From Lingula anatina (taxonomy: Eukaryota; Animalia; Brachiopoda): a DNA stretch of 64,000 nt. The stretch covers positions 31,577,967 to 31,641,966 of the forward strand of contig CM120640.1 of NCBI GenBank assembly GCA_051362555.1, read 5' to 3'. Below are positions 34,601 to 55,501 of this stretch, in pieces (the stretch's first letter is position 1; every line of letters begins with the position of its first letter). Under the pieces are notes generated by a model. That model was not told the origin of the DNA. It saw only the letters and a program-made list of their open reading frames with translations, and made no database searches. The position numbers and the translations under genes are program-made.

Positions 34601-37600
34601 GTGAGCTCCACCAGTTAATAAACAAAAATGCCAGTATAGTAGATCATGTAAGAAGGAGAAGGAGAAAGGGATAAGATGACTACTGTATCTATGATTGTGT
34701 ACATGGAATAGGCAATGACTCCTGAGGCCAGAGGCAGAGACCCCACAAGTAAAAATCTACTGCTGTAATAGGCCCCCCTCACAGCCATTCCCTGTTTAAT
34801 GTTATGTGTCACATTGCATAATTCCTTATTAATGTTACAGTAAATAAGCTAGTGTGAACACAGGAAGTAATTTATCAAAAAAAGGCTCTAAAATTCCTGT
34901 CTGATTATTTCTGTATCTTGGGCAGGTGAGTGAATTGAAAGTCACATTTGATTTCTGAAGACCAACCTGGGCATTTTCTTTGAGAGATAAGAATGTTCCT
35001 ATATCTTTCAAACTGCACACCTAATTATCTCTGTCTTCTTCCTATTAGTATTAGAATTTCTGTTGATAAGTTCAGTGTTACTTTAGGAATAACAAACTTC
35101 CCAGATATGTGACTGTGGCAACATTTTCTGGGTAAAATTTTTGCACCCTTATATTCACTATTATATTAATGAATGCAAATAGGCAAAAAATTATTTTACA
35201 TTTTTTCCTACTCATTATAAAATAAGAATAATGGGTTTCTTACAGGTTTGATTATGAAAGTTCTGTAAAATTATATTGCTAGGAATCATATTATTAAATC
35301 GTAGCTGGTATTTTGGTGATTTCACATAGACACATGGTGTGTTTTGCTATAGATAAGGAATTGTAGAAACTGCATACATTATGGAATGTAGATTTTAAAT
35401 GAGCATTGAACATTTTAACTGAGTGAGTGATACATTGATTAGAAATTTAACAATGTCTCTTCTTTGCTTTCAGTTTCTTTATACGGAAATGATTTCCTCC
35501 ATGTTCCGTTCCGCGATGCTGGAAGCACCACTAATGTCCGCCTTGAGTTCCGCACCAGTGTTGCCAATGGTGTCTTGTTTGTGGCAGCAGGGAGCACAGA
35601 TTACTGCATCATTGAACTGAAGTCGGGAACCATCCAGGTCCGCATAGAGTTGGGATCTGGAGAAACTGTTCTGGAATCCCCTCCAGGACTATATCTGAAT
35701 GATCTGGCGTGGCATGTGGTCAACTTAAAAAGAAAAGGGGGTAGCGTGCAACTCACTGTAGATTACATCTATGAGACAACAAAGAGAATTCCAGGGAGGT
35801 TTTATGAACTTAACATTGATGATGGTGTCTATGTTGGAGGTGTCAGGGATACTGGTGGCTTATACTACACTCACAATCTTCTTGGATACAGGGGGTGTCT
35901 AAAACATATTCATTTCAATACCTACAGTATTCTAGATATTGTAAGACATAGCAAGGGGAACAAGAAAATCACCAAGGATGTACAGTCCCACTGCAGCAGA
36001 GAATTTAACTCTGAACCTAAACAAGCAATCAGTTTTACAGACAAGACCTCATATGTTGGATTTTTTGTGCAGAGTTCTCAAAATGAAATAACATTTGCGT
36101 GCAATCTAAGGACTAGATCCAAAACTGGAATAGTACTCTTTATCTTAGGAAGAAAGCTCAAGTCAAATTTCATTTTATTAGTACTGAACAATGGATTACT
36201 GACATTGTCTACAAAAAGAAATGGCAAAGTGAAAAGTGTTTCTACTAAAATTATTTTGAGTGATGGAAATAAACACTACATCAGTCTCAAAATTTCTGCA
36301 CTTCACATGGAGTTGGAAACTGAAACAGAACACAAGCAGCATTATTTTACCTCTAAAGAACAGAGCTCTTTAGATCTTTCTTCTATGTGGTTCATTGGTG
36401 GGCTGAGTTCCAAGATGACCACAATTGCTGCCAACCTGGGCATTGACTCATTAAAGAACTTACCAAAAAACATTGCTGGAATTTCCTTACAGGGTTGCAT
36501 GAAAGATGTAAAAATTGATGGCAAAGCCATGGGACTTCTTTCAGCGCAGATCACACATCTCATAACCCCAGGCTGTGCTTGGACTTTTCCTTGCTCCGCG
36601 TCTCCTTGTGATGAAGGGTCAGTGTGCGTAGAGCATAGTTACACACAGTTTGAATGTGTCATAAAAGACCTGAAAACCGCAACAGACTACATGCTACCTG
36701 CGGATGCCACTGTTTTACCTACTGTAGACCTGGTGCGCTTACACCCACTTGTTGTAAGGGAGGGAGGGTCTGAGGTGATCACAGAAGACAATGTGGATTT
36801 TGTGTTCAACTACAGGGCATATGGAATGAGGGATTCTGCAATATTTTTCCATGTTGTTGAGCCACCTAAACATGGAGAGTTGGAGGTAAGAGTGAGAAGC
36901 CGGTCAGAGAACAGCCTATTTACTCTACTAGATCTGACTATTGGAAAGGTGCTTTATATAAATGATGGATCGGAAGAAAATTCAGACCAAGTGACATTTG
37001 CTGTTGAACTTTTAGGGGGAGCAGACAGTGACCTCCCTGAGATACTCAAAAAACCGTATCGTTTCACACTAAGGATACAGGTTCAGCCTGTTAATGATCC
37101 GCCTATTTTAAAACTCCCACCAGGGGGGACTGTCGGTGTTCTTAAACATGCCAAGACACCCCTGAGTCAAAAGTCATTAAATGTGGTTGACCCAGACAGC
37201 AATCCAGACCAGATTACTTACAATGTGGCCTTTGAGGGTCCTGAACATGTGGTTGCCAGTCACTTTGAATTGGCTCAGAAACCAGGTGAAAGTGTCACAG
37301 CCTTCACTCAAAAGGAAGTCGCTGACAGAAAAGTGTTTTTTGTTAATCAGGGAGAACAAAAGACCAGAGTTAATGTTCAGGTTAATGATGGAAAGGACAG
37401 TAGTGTTAGGAAGATGATAACTTTTGTTACCATCCCTATTGAACTGTCAGTGACCCACAATACTGGTGTGAATGTATTCCCCACCAGTTATTCTTTAATT
37501 CTTCCAGAGAATCTCACCACTGCCACAAATATTCAGCGCCAAGACATTGATGTCAGATATGAAATTACCAAGTCTCCAAAATATGGTGAAATTCAGAAGC

Positions 37601-40600
37601 AAAAATCTAGCACAAAAGAATGGTTTCCTGTCAGCATTTTTTCTCAGAAGCATATTGACAGGGGCAGGCTGAGGTATTTCCACACAGGCAGAGCTTTACA
37701 TGCTATTCCTGACATGTTTGTCTTCACTGCTTCAACCCAAGGTGCTAGCATTCAATCCAGACAGTTTCACATTACCTTCGATCAGGTGCAGCTGCAGCTG
37801 AACAAAAACACAAAGCTTCAATTAGAAGGTGTGATGGAAATGGAGCTTAACAAATCTCACCTGAGTGCTTCTACGAACAATCCTAATACCCTCCCTGATG
37901 CTGTAATGTACAAGCTTATAACCACACCAAGACAAGGGCACCTGCTCAAATTAAAGAACAGCAACAGTAATGAGTATCAGCAAAGACTAGGGCAGAGCTC
38001 AAATTTTACCCAAAAAGATATCAATGATGGCCTCATCTTATATAAGCTGCACAGGACATCAGATAATGTTGTTAATGACAACTTTCAGTTTAGGCTGCAG
38101 TTCAAGGATGCAGGCAGCATTCAGTCTACTGCTTTTACATTTGAGATTGAATTTATACCTGTTGAAAGTGATATTTTGTTTACTAACAGACTGCTAAAAG
38201 ATGTTTTAGAAGGCGGAAGAAAAGTGATTACTAGAGACTATTTTTACCTGGAAACTGATCAGATTTCAGAATTTAAATTTACTCTGCTTACATTTCCCAA
38301 TCATGGCATTTTGCAGCTTATTAACTCAGAAAGTGACACCGTCATCAGCAACAATATTTCCCAGTTCAGTAACGCAGACATAAGAGAAGGCAATGTAGTG
38401 TACAAACATGATGACTCGGAGTACGAATTTGACAGTTTTGACTTCATGGCCACACCCATTATTGGGCCATCATCAGAAGACAAGCTGGAAATGGAGATTG
38501 TGGAATACACTGACACATTTCATATAAAAATTCTCCTTCGCAATGACAACCCACCAGTAAGGGTAGTGGACAAAGTATTCAATATTGTTAGGAATGGGAT
38601 GAGGCCATTTACAGATGAGGACGTAAAATATACAGATCCAGATATTAATTTTGACAGTAGCAACTTGCAGTACACAAGGCGTGGAATTTCAAATGGAGAG
38701 ATAGTGAATTCTACTGATCCCACTCTCAAAGTTTATCATTTCACTCAAAAAGACCTGGAAACTGGTCAGTTGATGTTTGTCCACAAAGGAAAAGAATATG
38801 CTCGGATATCCATTAAGGTAACAGATGGCCAGTTTCATGATATTGCACTTATGACAATTCATGCATCTGACCCATACATCAAACTAATAAACAACACAGG
38901 GCTGGCTGTTTTCAAAGGTAAAAGTGTTGCCCTGCGGTCTGATAACCTTAGCATTGAAACCAACATTAATGCTGCAGATAATGAGATTCGAATTATCATT
39001 ATATCTGCTCCAAGATATGGTAAGATTTTAAGAAGAGGACATATCTCCTCGGAATTCAATATGCAAGATGTAAAAAGAGGGCATGTTAAGTATGAACATG
39101 GTAACAGTGGACATGTGAAAGACTCCTTCAAGTTTGCTATACACGTCAAAGATGTGAGCATTCAGGGCACCTGCAACATTACAGTGTTTTTGGAGGACCA
39201 TCATCATCCACCAAAGTTTCAGCATAACAAGATGCTGGTTGTGGAGGAGGGACACACTGGAGTCATAAGTGACAACATTCTACTTGTCACACATTCCATT
39301 ACGCCACCAGAGGACATTTTGTTCACCATCCAAGATGGGCCCAAGTTTGGTCATCTGGATCTCACAGATTCACAGTTAAATGTTCACAATTTCACTCAGG
39401 GAGATATAGACTCTGGAAAGTTGGCATATGTTCACACTGAGCCTGGTGTAGTTGAAGATGTTATAACATTTGATGTGTCTAATGGGGTGCTTACATTACG
39501 GGGTTTGGAGTTTGTCATTGACATCATTCCAGAGGTACTCCCTGTCAGTGTTACCAATATAACCCTGAAAGAGGGAGGGACGAAAGCCTTGACAAAGCAG
39601 TACATGCAGGTGACAAACAAGCATTTCAAAGATGACAATTTTGAGTACGAGATTACACAGCAGCCCAACTACGGTTGGATAGAGAGAACTCAGGCACAAG
39701 GTGTTCGATTAGACCAATTTAGCTCCCAGGATATTCATAACGAGTTCATATATTATACACACAATGGAGAGGAATTCTACACTGATGAGTTCACTGTCCT
39801 GGCTAGAGCCATGGGGTCTGGCAAACAGAGCAAACCCCATACCATATATATCACCCTGATACCAGTAAATGACCAAGTCCCCCAGATAGTGACCAATAAA
39901 GATCTGCATGTGTGGAAAGGGTCTATTACATTGCTGACCAGTGCCCATCTTAGTGCCACTGACCAAGACACCCTGCCTGAAGACCTTCGTTATAAAATCA
40001 CCAGTCCAGATTGTGGGTATGTGGCCTTAAAGGAAAAGACTGGAGATGAGATTGTACAGTTTACACAAGCTATGCTGGACAGCAATCAGCTTGTGTTTGT
40101 TCACAGTGGTGAGTTTTGTTTGAGAATTGAGAATAAGTTTTAATTAGAGATGCGGTTGTTAAAGAAGTACGTGCGAAGTACTATCTGTGCCAAAATGTGT
40201 AGTCAGGTACAGGCCAAAAAAGTGTTTTGTTGCATTTAGCTGAGCTTGTTTGTGACAAGTTAAGATTTGTGACATTCAGCATTAATGCAGACCTATCAGG
40301 TTGAAAGAGTCCTTGAGTTTCAGCTGTAGTGATTGTAACCCTCTTACCTGTAAAATAGGCTCTGAAAGACTTGAAAAGACAAACACTAATCAACATATCA
40401 TTGCTTAACATATTATTTGTCCAAGTATCTTTGTAGGATAGTGCCTGTTACTACGGTAAAGTCTTGAAAATTTCGTCGTTCTTGAAAATTTCGTCGGCAG
40501 ACGATTTTCCGCCGACGTAATTTTTTTCCCTTTGAAAACTTCGTCTACCTTGAAAATGAGGTACTCGATAATTTTTGAAAAGTTCGTCACCAAATATGGC

Positions 40601-43600
40601 CGCGTTGTCCAGCTCAAACATGAAGGTAATGCGTCAGTTGATTCAAGACAATGATACGATCAGGATATCATTGCCGATAACACTCTCAATGGGAGACAGG
40701 AACAATAGTGCGCCCCTGCGAGCGGTTACCCACAATATAGATGGTTTAGATGTGAATTCCCGTTCTCAATTGCGGGAACGTCGGCCTTTTGTCTTTAGTT
40801 TCATTACTATTACCTGGCTTAAGGTGCGTTATCAAGCCGGCAAATAGAAGTCAGGCCGCGGCTTTGTCATTTGTAACGCCGTTATTGTTATCGGCGGCTG
40901 TCCTAAATGAGGAAGACACAATGAAAAAAATCAAGATATTATCTCGAAGTGAAATGTACCCGTCACTTCTATTCATGTCCATGTTCAGTTTAGGACCATT
41001 TAACGATTACCTGGATCGTACATGGAGATCGTTCGCAATGCGAATGGGACGAGATGGCAATATTCATATTTGTAGCGGACTCCGTTCGCATAAGATCTTC
41101 AGCGGGAGATCGTTCGCGATGTAAGCGATAATAAAATGCACTTTTCATATTAGTGCAAGGGAACTTCGTTCGTGGAAGATTGTCAGCAGGAGATCATTAT
41201 TTTAACTCCCCCTCCCTCTTTGAATTTTATTAATAATATATATTTTTCATTTTATCTTTAATCCCCCCCTTCCCCCGCTCACGGCATATCTTCAGCGGAG
41301 AATCGTTCGCGTAATATCGGCAAGACTTTGTTCGCATAAGATCGTCAGAGGGAGATCGTTCGCGATCCGAGCGAGACGAACAGGCAATTTTCGTATCATC
41401 ATCGGGAGATCGTTCGCGATGTAAGCAAGAATGAAATGCAATTTTCATATTAGTTCAAGGGATTTAGGGAACTTCGTTCGCGGAAGATCGTCAGTGGGAG
41501 ATTATTTAACCCCCCCACACACACACACACACACAATCACACACACACTTTGGATTTAAAAAAAATATTCATTTTCATTTGATCTTTAATCCGCCCCCTG
41601 CCCCGCTCACGGTATATCTTCGGCAGAGAATCGTTCGCGTAATATTCTCAGGACTTTGTTCGCGTAAGATCATATCAGAGGGAGATCGTTCGCGATCCTT
41701 GCTAGACGAAAAGGCTATTTTCACATCTTCATCGGGAGATTGTTCGCGATGTAAGCAATAATAAAATGCAGTTTTCATATTAGTTCAAGGAACTTAAATT
41801 TAAAATCGTCAACGGGAGATCAGTATTTTAACTCCCTGTAAATTTTTAGGAAGTTACAGATTGTAATTTTAGAAGGCCTGACACTCAATCCTGGGAAAAG
41901 CCCTGCATGCAACAAACGTTCCCAAGTGCGTAATTTTTTTTAACATGTCGCGTCCAGGTTATGATGCAAGGTTGCAATTAGGCTTATCTTGATCCTTCTC
42001 CTCTATCACTGTATCAGGAGGTATGTTTCTTACCGAGAAGATAATTCTCAACATGTTTTCGGGTACAGTAAGTTAAGTATAACTTTACGAGATGCACTAA
42101 TAAATAGATTATTATTTACCACCAGAAAATGACTTAGGAAGTAGTAATAAATATCCCACAATATAGGAGGGTCAAAGATAACAGTCGCTACGGATAAACT
42201 CCGAAGGCCGGATTTTTGAAAATTTCGTCATACCCAGGAGTCGGGGAGAGGTAATTTTGAAAAATTAGTCGGATTTACACAATTAAAAATATTAATTAAT
42301 TTTTAAGCGACGAAATTTTCAAGACTTTACCGTACTACTCTAATCAGGTATTGTAATTTTCACCCAAACTAAAAAAAAAAAGACATGCATGCAGGAAGAT
42401 TTTTTGCATGATGTTATTATGAGGTTAATAATCAAAAGTTAAGACTCGGGCAGTGGCATAGATATTCATGGAGATACAGTTTTCTTTCTTTTTTTTTCAT
42501 GGGTTTATTAGAAATGAATCTTACATGCGACAATAATTGCTAGTAATGCATTTTGAATCAAAAAAAGACTTTCATAACTTTAGGGGTGTGGCTGTTTCAG
42601 ACAAGTTGCCACTGCCTCATATGCAAATTCTAGCACCTCTTTTGTACCACTGTCTCCTGAAATATTAAATGGAGAACATTGAAACTTGAGGGATTGATAA
42701 ATCTATGACAAGAGCTGTGCCTGCTGTACATGACATTGTTGTGAAATCTGGGGACTTTTTTTGTGGGGTGTGGGGATATATGATTGTTACCCATCAAAAC
42801 ATTTATTGTAAAATTAGTGCTGATCCAGTGTTGTAAAGGAGGAGAGGGGGTTCCTTATTTTTCCTGAACTCTCCTGTTCACATCCATGATCCCTACTTAA
42901 TAAGAAGCAGCATTCTGGGCAAGAGTTTCATCAGCTTTTGTGTGTAAATATAATGGAAAATTATGGGTTCATCCCACTGGGAATTTAACACTTCTGTCAC
43001 ATTGGTTATGCAAACATTTTGTGTTACATTAGTATACCCATTGTTGGCTGTTTTATATATACTACAGCGCCCTCCAATAGGGACGAAATGGACATCATTT
43101 AATAAGTGATATTAAACAAGTATGCAAGTTCTACATGCAATGTGTGCATTACAGACATGACCAAAATGTTCACATTTTTTGTGGAATGAATCTGTGATAG
43201 ATAACATGGATTTGAGTGACAACTGGAACAGCTGTAGGCTTTTAACTCAGATAATGGCATTATATTATTGATATTTTTGAGCTGCGTCACTTAAAGTGAA
43301 TGATTATCTTTCAGGTGATGCTTCAGGGAGCTTCCATTTCCAGGTGAATGATGGCATCAACTACTCAGACAGAGAGATTTTCCGCATTACTGCAAGCCCA
43401 CTGGTACTTCATCATAACACTGATGCAAAGCTAGATGTTTACCCAGGCACTCTGCACCCAGTCACAGTGGCAGTGCTCAATGCCAGTACAAATGATGCCA
43501 ACCAGACACGCCCCCTGGTGTACACTTTGAAAACTAGGCCTAGGTATGGGAAATTGGTGACTACTGTGAATGGTAGCAATTTAGAAGTGTCGTCCTTTAC

Positions 43601-45809
43601 TCAGGCTGAGGTGAATGCTGGTGAGATAGCATATCAACACATGCAGGCTTTAAGTCAGTGGTCAATAGATGATACCTTCACATACGAATTGAGCACTCTG
43701 TATGCTGCATCAGTCACTGAGAGACTGGAAATTTCAATCTCTTATGACAATATCAATGCCAAGAATCAGGACCAACTTGTTAAAATGTCAGAAGTTAAAG
43801 TTCTTGAGGGCGGGCAAATTACATTTAATGAAAATCATTTAGATGTGTCTAGATTAACTGAAAAGATAAAGTCAATCAGCAGAAGTGCAGTTTTGAAATT
43901 TTTCATCACAAAATTTCCCAGCCATGGATACTTGTTGATTAATGATCTGAATGCTACTGCAGGTGCATATTTCCTGGAGAAGGAAATCAAAAATAACCGC
44001 TTTAAATATTTGAATGATCACTCAGATGCACACTGGGACAGCTTTGACTTCAGCCTTAAGGTCACAGGTCTAGGGTCCAAGATTACTTCACCAAAGTTCA
44101 ATGCCACTGTTAACATCACAATCATACCAGTGAATGATCAGCCATTTAGGATTGTAACAAAACATCCAACAATAGAGGTGATTCAAGGATTTACAATTAA
44201 CATTACTCCGCAGCATCTGAAGACTACAGATCTAGACTCTCCTCCAGAGAACCTTACATACACTATACTCACAGGGCCAACTAATGGAATTGTGGCCTTT
44301 GCTAATGCCCCTAAACTTGCTATCAGTTCTTTTACACAGAAGGATATCAATCAACTCAGACTGATATTTGTACAGGATGGGACCAGAGCTTCAGGCACTT
44401 TTAATTTTAAAGTATCAGATGGTCAGTTTGCCCCTTTTTATAAAGTGTTCACAATCAATGTGATCCCTCTCACATTAGACGTTGTCAGCAGTTCTGGACT
44501 GCAGTTGTTGCAGAGTCAGTCTGCTGTGCATTTAAACCAGTCACATTTGAACATCTCCACCAACGGGCTGCAGGAGGACATCGCGTTTTTCATATCTGAG
44601 CCACCACAATTTGGAGAACTGTTCATAGAAGATAAAACAGTCGAGCAGTTTTCACATCACAGTCTAATAGAGTCCCAGGTTGTGTACATCCAGACCGACA
44701 TGACTGCGGGTCAAGACTCGTTTGTTCTGAATGCAACAATTGCTGATCACCATATCATGGTTCCAATGAGTGTATCTGTTCAGCCATTTGTCAAGCAGGG
44801 CAACGTCAGCATTCCATCAGGTTCAAGGGTGCCGATTTCACTGTCAGAACTGAATGCAACAGCATTAGCAATAGCTACTAACAGCAATCCAGTATATTAT
44901 GTGATAAAACGACCAGTGTTTGGTATATTGAAGAAGACTATTATTAAAAGGTCAACACAGTCTGTGGATGGTAGTTTTACCTTCACTCATGATGACATTA
45001 TTAAAAATAGTGTGTATTATGAAGCAGATTTAGTGCATGTCCCAACCAATGGCCTAATCCATGACAAATTTGGGTACAGATTGACAGCTCCCAATGTTCA
45101 GCCTGCTGAAGGGGAGGTCATCATAAAACTTCAGCCTCCATTACTAACAACTGGGGCTATAACACCAAGTCCAGGTTTGGAGAAAGAAAAGGGTGCAGAT
45201 CAAAGCACTATGTTTGATCAAACAGACATTGGAGATGCTGAAAGAAAAAATAATAGCAACTCTGACAGTGTGTCAATAGACAAAGCAGTCAGGGAGTCAG
45301 ATATTAGTGGACTTCCCCCAACTGCATGGGTCATAACACTCGTCTTAGCTGTAGTGGTTACATTAGTGTTATTAATGATAGGGATTGCTGTTTGCAAGTA
45401 TAAGTATGACCAAAGAAAGAGGGGGACCTTTCAGCCACAAAGAGAGGACTCGCAGACCCCCCTGTCCCAGTCACATGTGACAATTGAACCGCAACGTTGG
45501 TCACAAAGTCAAAGCATGGATGAACTACCACAAAGTCATTTAATGGCCAGCTGCAGCCACAGGTCACCTCCAAGGTCACCCGATCCTTCAAGGACAGAGG
45601 TCAGTAGGGCAGTTCCAGAGGTCAAGGTCACACCTTTGATTAATTTGGAAGAACAGGTCAAGCTTAAGACACCAGAGGGCAGCATTGCATCCCTAACAAC
45701 TGATAGTCAAAGCCAGATGACTTTTGATTGGGATATGGTAGACCCTGAAATACTGAAACAGTGCAGAATTACGAATCCAGTACTGAAAGATAACCAATAT
45801 TGGGTGTAA
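31677..45809 (+). CDS. CSPG4: Chondroitin sulfate proteoglycan 4 / NG2 / kon-tiki (perdido) ortholog; 3 exons 31677-31755, 35474-40108, 43315-45809 (~2402 aa)
   Basis: Signal peptide exon; two laminin-G domains (VSLYGNDF..LEFRTS..G.LF, LNDLAWH, GYRGCL); many CSPG repeats (P.HG.L, FTQ.DI..G...Y.H, I.PVND); TM helix WVITLVLAVVVTLVLLMIGIAVC; C-terminal PDZ-binding NQYWV as in NG2. Confidence 0.95.
32005..32742. mobile_element. Non-autonomous DNA transposon with CACTC termini (CMC/EnSpm-like) in CSPG4 intron 1
   Basis: TIR CACTCATTCTCAATATATAGG (21 bp perfect, ~29 bp with mismatches) at both ends; flanks AGC / AGT (imperfect 3-bp TSD). Confidence 0.65.
40454..42332. mobile_element. Non-autonomous Tc1/mariner-type DNA transposon (~1.9 kb) in CSPG4 intron 2
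   Basis: TIR CGGTAAAGTCTTGAAAATTTCGTCG / CGACGAAATTTTCAAGACTTTACCG flanked by TA. Subterminal repeats TTGAAAA(T/C)TTCGTC. No transposase ORF. Confidence 0.85.
41020..41830. repeat. Internal tandem repeat of the transposon (about two ~330-bp units built from GGGAGATCGTTCGCGAT sub-repeats)
   Basis: Repeated GGGAGATCGTTCGCGATGTAAGC..AAATGCA.TTTTCATATTAG blocks at about 41104, 41405 and 41734; paired spurious ORFs 41230-41448 and 41575-41778. Confidence 0.8.
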
Positions 45810-47498
45810 ATTGAAGCATTGCATTTTTTTGGAACTGGGCAGCGATGTAAAATGTAATGGTTATCATGTAAGGGTTGCTTTATCAGATTTTGGCTAATCA
45901 GTTGCAATTATATTTGCTCAGTTGGGCAATGTCAAATAAAGATTTTGTACCTACCGGTATGTTGAAGACTTCCGAACAGTTAGTTGAAGTTGAGAGTATT
46001 ACCAATTTTAGTTTATTACCATATCTAATATAAATGCCAAGAATCGAATCCTTTTATTGTCATCTTGAAGAAACAAGAATTTAGACCACCCGATACTTTT
46101 CTTTCTTTTTTACATTTTGTACTTTTTTACGATATCATCATGTCTTCTAGCTACATCTATTATCTAAAATGATATTACAAGTTTACTTATATTATTGGTA
46201 TTAGTGTTGTATACAGATCTGGTGTGTGCATTTTTTCTAGAGATTACATCTCTTACAATGTTAAACACGTTATAACAAACATATCTGAAGACTAGCTGTA
46301 CTTGTGACAGTTCTGTTACAGCAGTTGATGTTACTGCAAAAAATAATAATTATGACGTTAGTCAGTGTGTTCAGTATGCAATAAAGTCTTTTCATATCTT
46401 GCACACAGTAAAATTTCAAGTTTTTTGGTTATGTTAAATAACTTTGAAGCAGCCACTGTTTCCAAAACTGTACAATCTAGCGTTCTTCGGTACTAGTTTT
46501 TGGGGGATAAGAGATACCACATGGAAATTGATTTGACAGAAGATATTTGCTGATATTTCTGAACTGGGGATATGCATTTTGTGCTCTCCCACTTGAATTA
46601 ATCATCAATCTAATGCTCTTTCAATATCCATGATTACTAAAATTCTGAAACTCTAGCAACCACGACTGCTCAGACTTGGCAATAATTGTATTCTATTCAA
46701 TAAATTGAGTGCATGTCTTAGGAAATGAATCGAGATCAAATGTGAAAAGATGTACAACTTTCACATTTAAGGAGTACTTGCACAAATCTTAAATTCAAAT
46801 GACTCGTTTCCAGTAGTGGAATATGGTGGAAACCTGCATTATTTTATCAGTGTTCTATGTTTCTCTTCACAGCAATGTGTGATGATACAGATGTCGGTGA
46901 AGGACCCCAGCATTCTTCACTTCACAAGTTTTAAATGCTTTTTATCAGCAACTACTTCAAGATGCAATGATGAGTACTTATGGCATATGCTAAATCATTG
47001 CCTCTTATAACCAGGTTAAATGCATAGTGTATCAAAAAGCAAAACATTGAAATCCCAATATTAATTGCAATTTTCCAAAAATACTAAATGCACTGTACTA
47101 AATGGGTGGAAAACGCATGTCAAATTTAGGGCCAGAAATTAAGAGGAAGGTTTGTTTTTAAGTCACTTTTCTGCTGCCTGAGATTAATGTTGGTTTTGAG
47201 GCATTTGGATTTTATTCATGTTCATGTTGATTTCATTCATGTTACAAGATATTTACTCTTGCAACTTTATCTCTGAATCTCGAAAATCACACAACTTCAC
47301 TTGGGACTCTTCCTAGCAGTTTTCATGAATTTTTCGCGAGGTGTCGGTGTTTAACCTTGGCATCATTTCAATCACTGTATCCATTCACTTTTTTTTCAGA
47401 CATTTAGAAAACAAACTGCAAAATTATCTGTTCCTCACATTCACTTGTTTATTTTTTCTTTTTTTAAAGTATGATACTTTGTACAAAATGTCCAGAGT

Positions 47499-54110
<6,612 letters not shown>

Positions 54111-54125
54111 TTTGGCTTCGGGAGC

Positions 54126-54140
54126 ACGGAAAAGAGACCT
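54126..54140 (-). promoter_or_regulatory. TCT / 5'TOP polypyrimidine initiator of RPS17
   Basis: Minus strand GGTCTCTTTTCCGT lies about 20 nt upstream of the ATG-only first coding exon (AAAATG|GTGAGA), as typical of ribosomal protein genes. Confidence 0.8.
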
Positions 54141-55501
54141 ATTCGCACAAAATTATTGCTGATGTGCGATTGGCTAAAATCATTACTACCAAGACGATCC
54201 AAATCCAGAGTTTATGCGCCTTGTACACAGATTGTTCAGTAATATTTCTTTCTGTGCTCATTTTTGCACTGTGGGATATTTTGCTCAGAAACGACACCAT
54301 CCAGCTTGCCTCTTGTAGATAGTAGGGTTTAGGCAAGCAATAAGAAATGGGCACGCCATCTCCAGCCGCAACTCTAAGCTCATTCTAACCTACTGTAGCT
54401 GGAGAGAACGTGTGATAAAGGAGGTGCTTGTACATGTATTTACATGTACTTCACGCACCTAACTTTGCACACTACTGAAAACCGTTGGCTATAACAATAA
54501 GAGTCAGAGAGTGAGAGATTTGGGAACGAAGGTGGACCAACATATCTTCAACGTAGATCTGTGTTTGTGTTAAAAAATAATAATAATAAAAGAAAGAATT
54601 AAAGAATAGGCCCTAAACGACGTCTTTTTATCAAACATCCCTTTTCGACTTTTAATCAACGGGGTTTATTAATATACCAGATAAAATCAAATTTATTCAG
54701 GAAGAGTAGATTCTGCGAAAAATTAAAATTCATTTGAAAAGCAAATCAATAATCAGGTCGGGGTGGGTGGGAGTGGAGACGAGTTGTGCGTTGGTCACTA
54801 ATAGGCCTAATTCACGAGGGTTGGTGGGAATGGAAAAGTCTTTTCTTAAGTTCTTTTAGACTTGATATTTGTCACTTCTTTGAAAAAGCGATACTAAAAC
54901 ATGTACATGTAGGCCAATATGCATGTAAACTTCACAGCAAGTAGGCCTATAGTTATTATGTAGCCTACGTAGGCCTACATGTAGGCCCTATCCTCAACCC
55001 TACGCCTCCTAAATACATTTACCAATTCAATATGCAATATAGCATTTTCAACGAGTATATAGACGCATAAAACGCTTATGCCATAAAACTATCCCAAAAT
55101 ATCATTTATCTTTTTCAATATTTCTATCTACAGCAGCGAACAGTTTGCCTTCAGAGAAAAAAGTATGTTTCGAACACGATCGATTACCTATGACAGCGTT
55201 ATTGAAGTTGCTGTTTAATAGCCGTGATAAATCTATTCCTCCATTTAATTTTCTTAAATGGATTTCCGGCTGAAAGATTATGTTGTGATTTGTTGAATCG
55301 ACTTATTTATATTAATGAACCGGAACCGAAATCCAATTTAGGTCAATGCAGCTCATATGTAGATGATCTACTCACGGCTTATCAGCCGATGCTTAACCTT
55401 TGCGTTTGATAACTCGTTTATAAACTGTTGAAAACCGACTACACCCAAAACTCAAGCAGGTTGTCTGGATATAGTCCACACCGGGAGACGACAGTGAGAC
55501 G

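Noticed and set aside
40575-41124. ORFs inside the TA-flanked transposon as a transposase
   Set aside because: Short, with no recognisable DDE or HTH motifs.
41020-41830. CRISPR-like array of GATCGTTCGCG repeats
   Set aside because: Eukaryotic context; the spacers are themselves repeated and irregular; it lies inside a TIR element; no cas genes.
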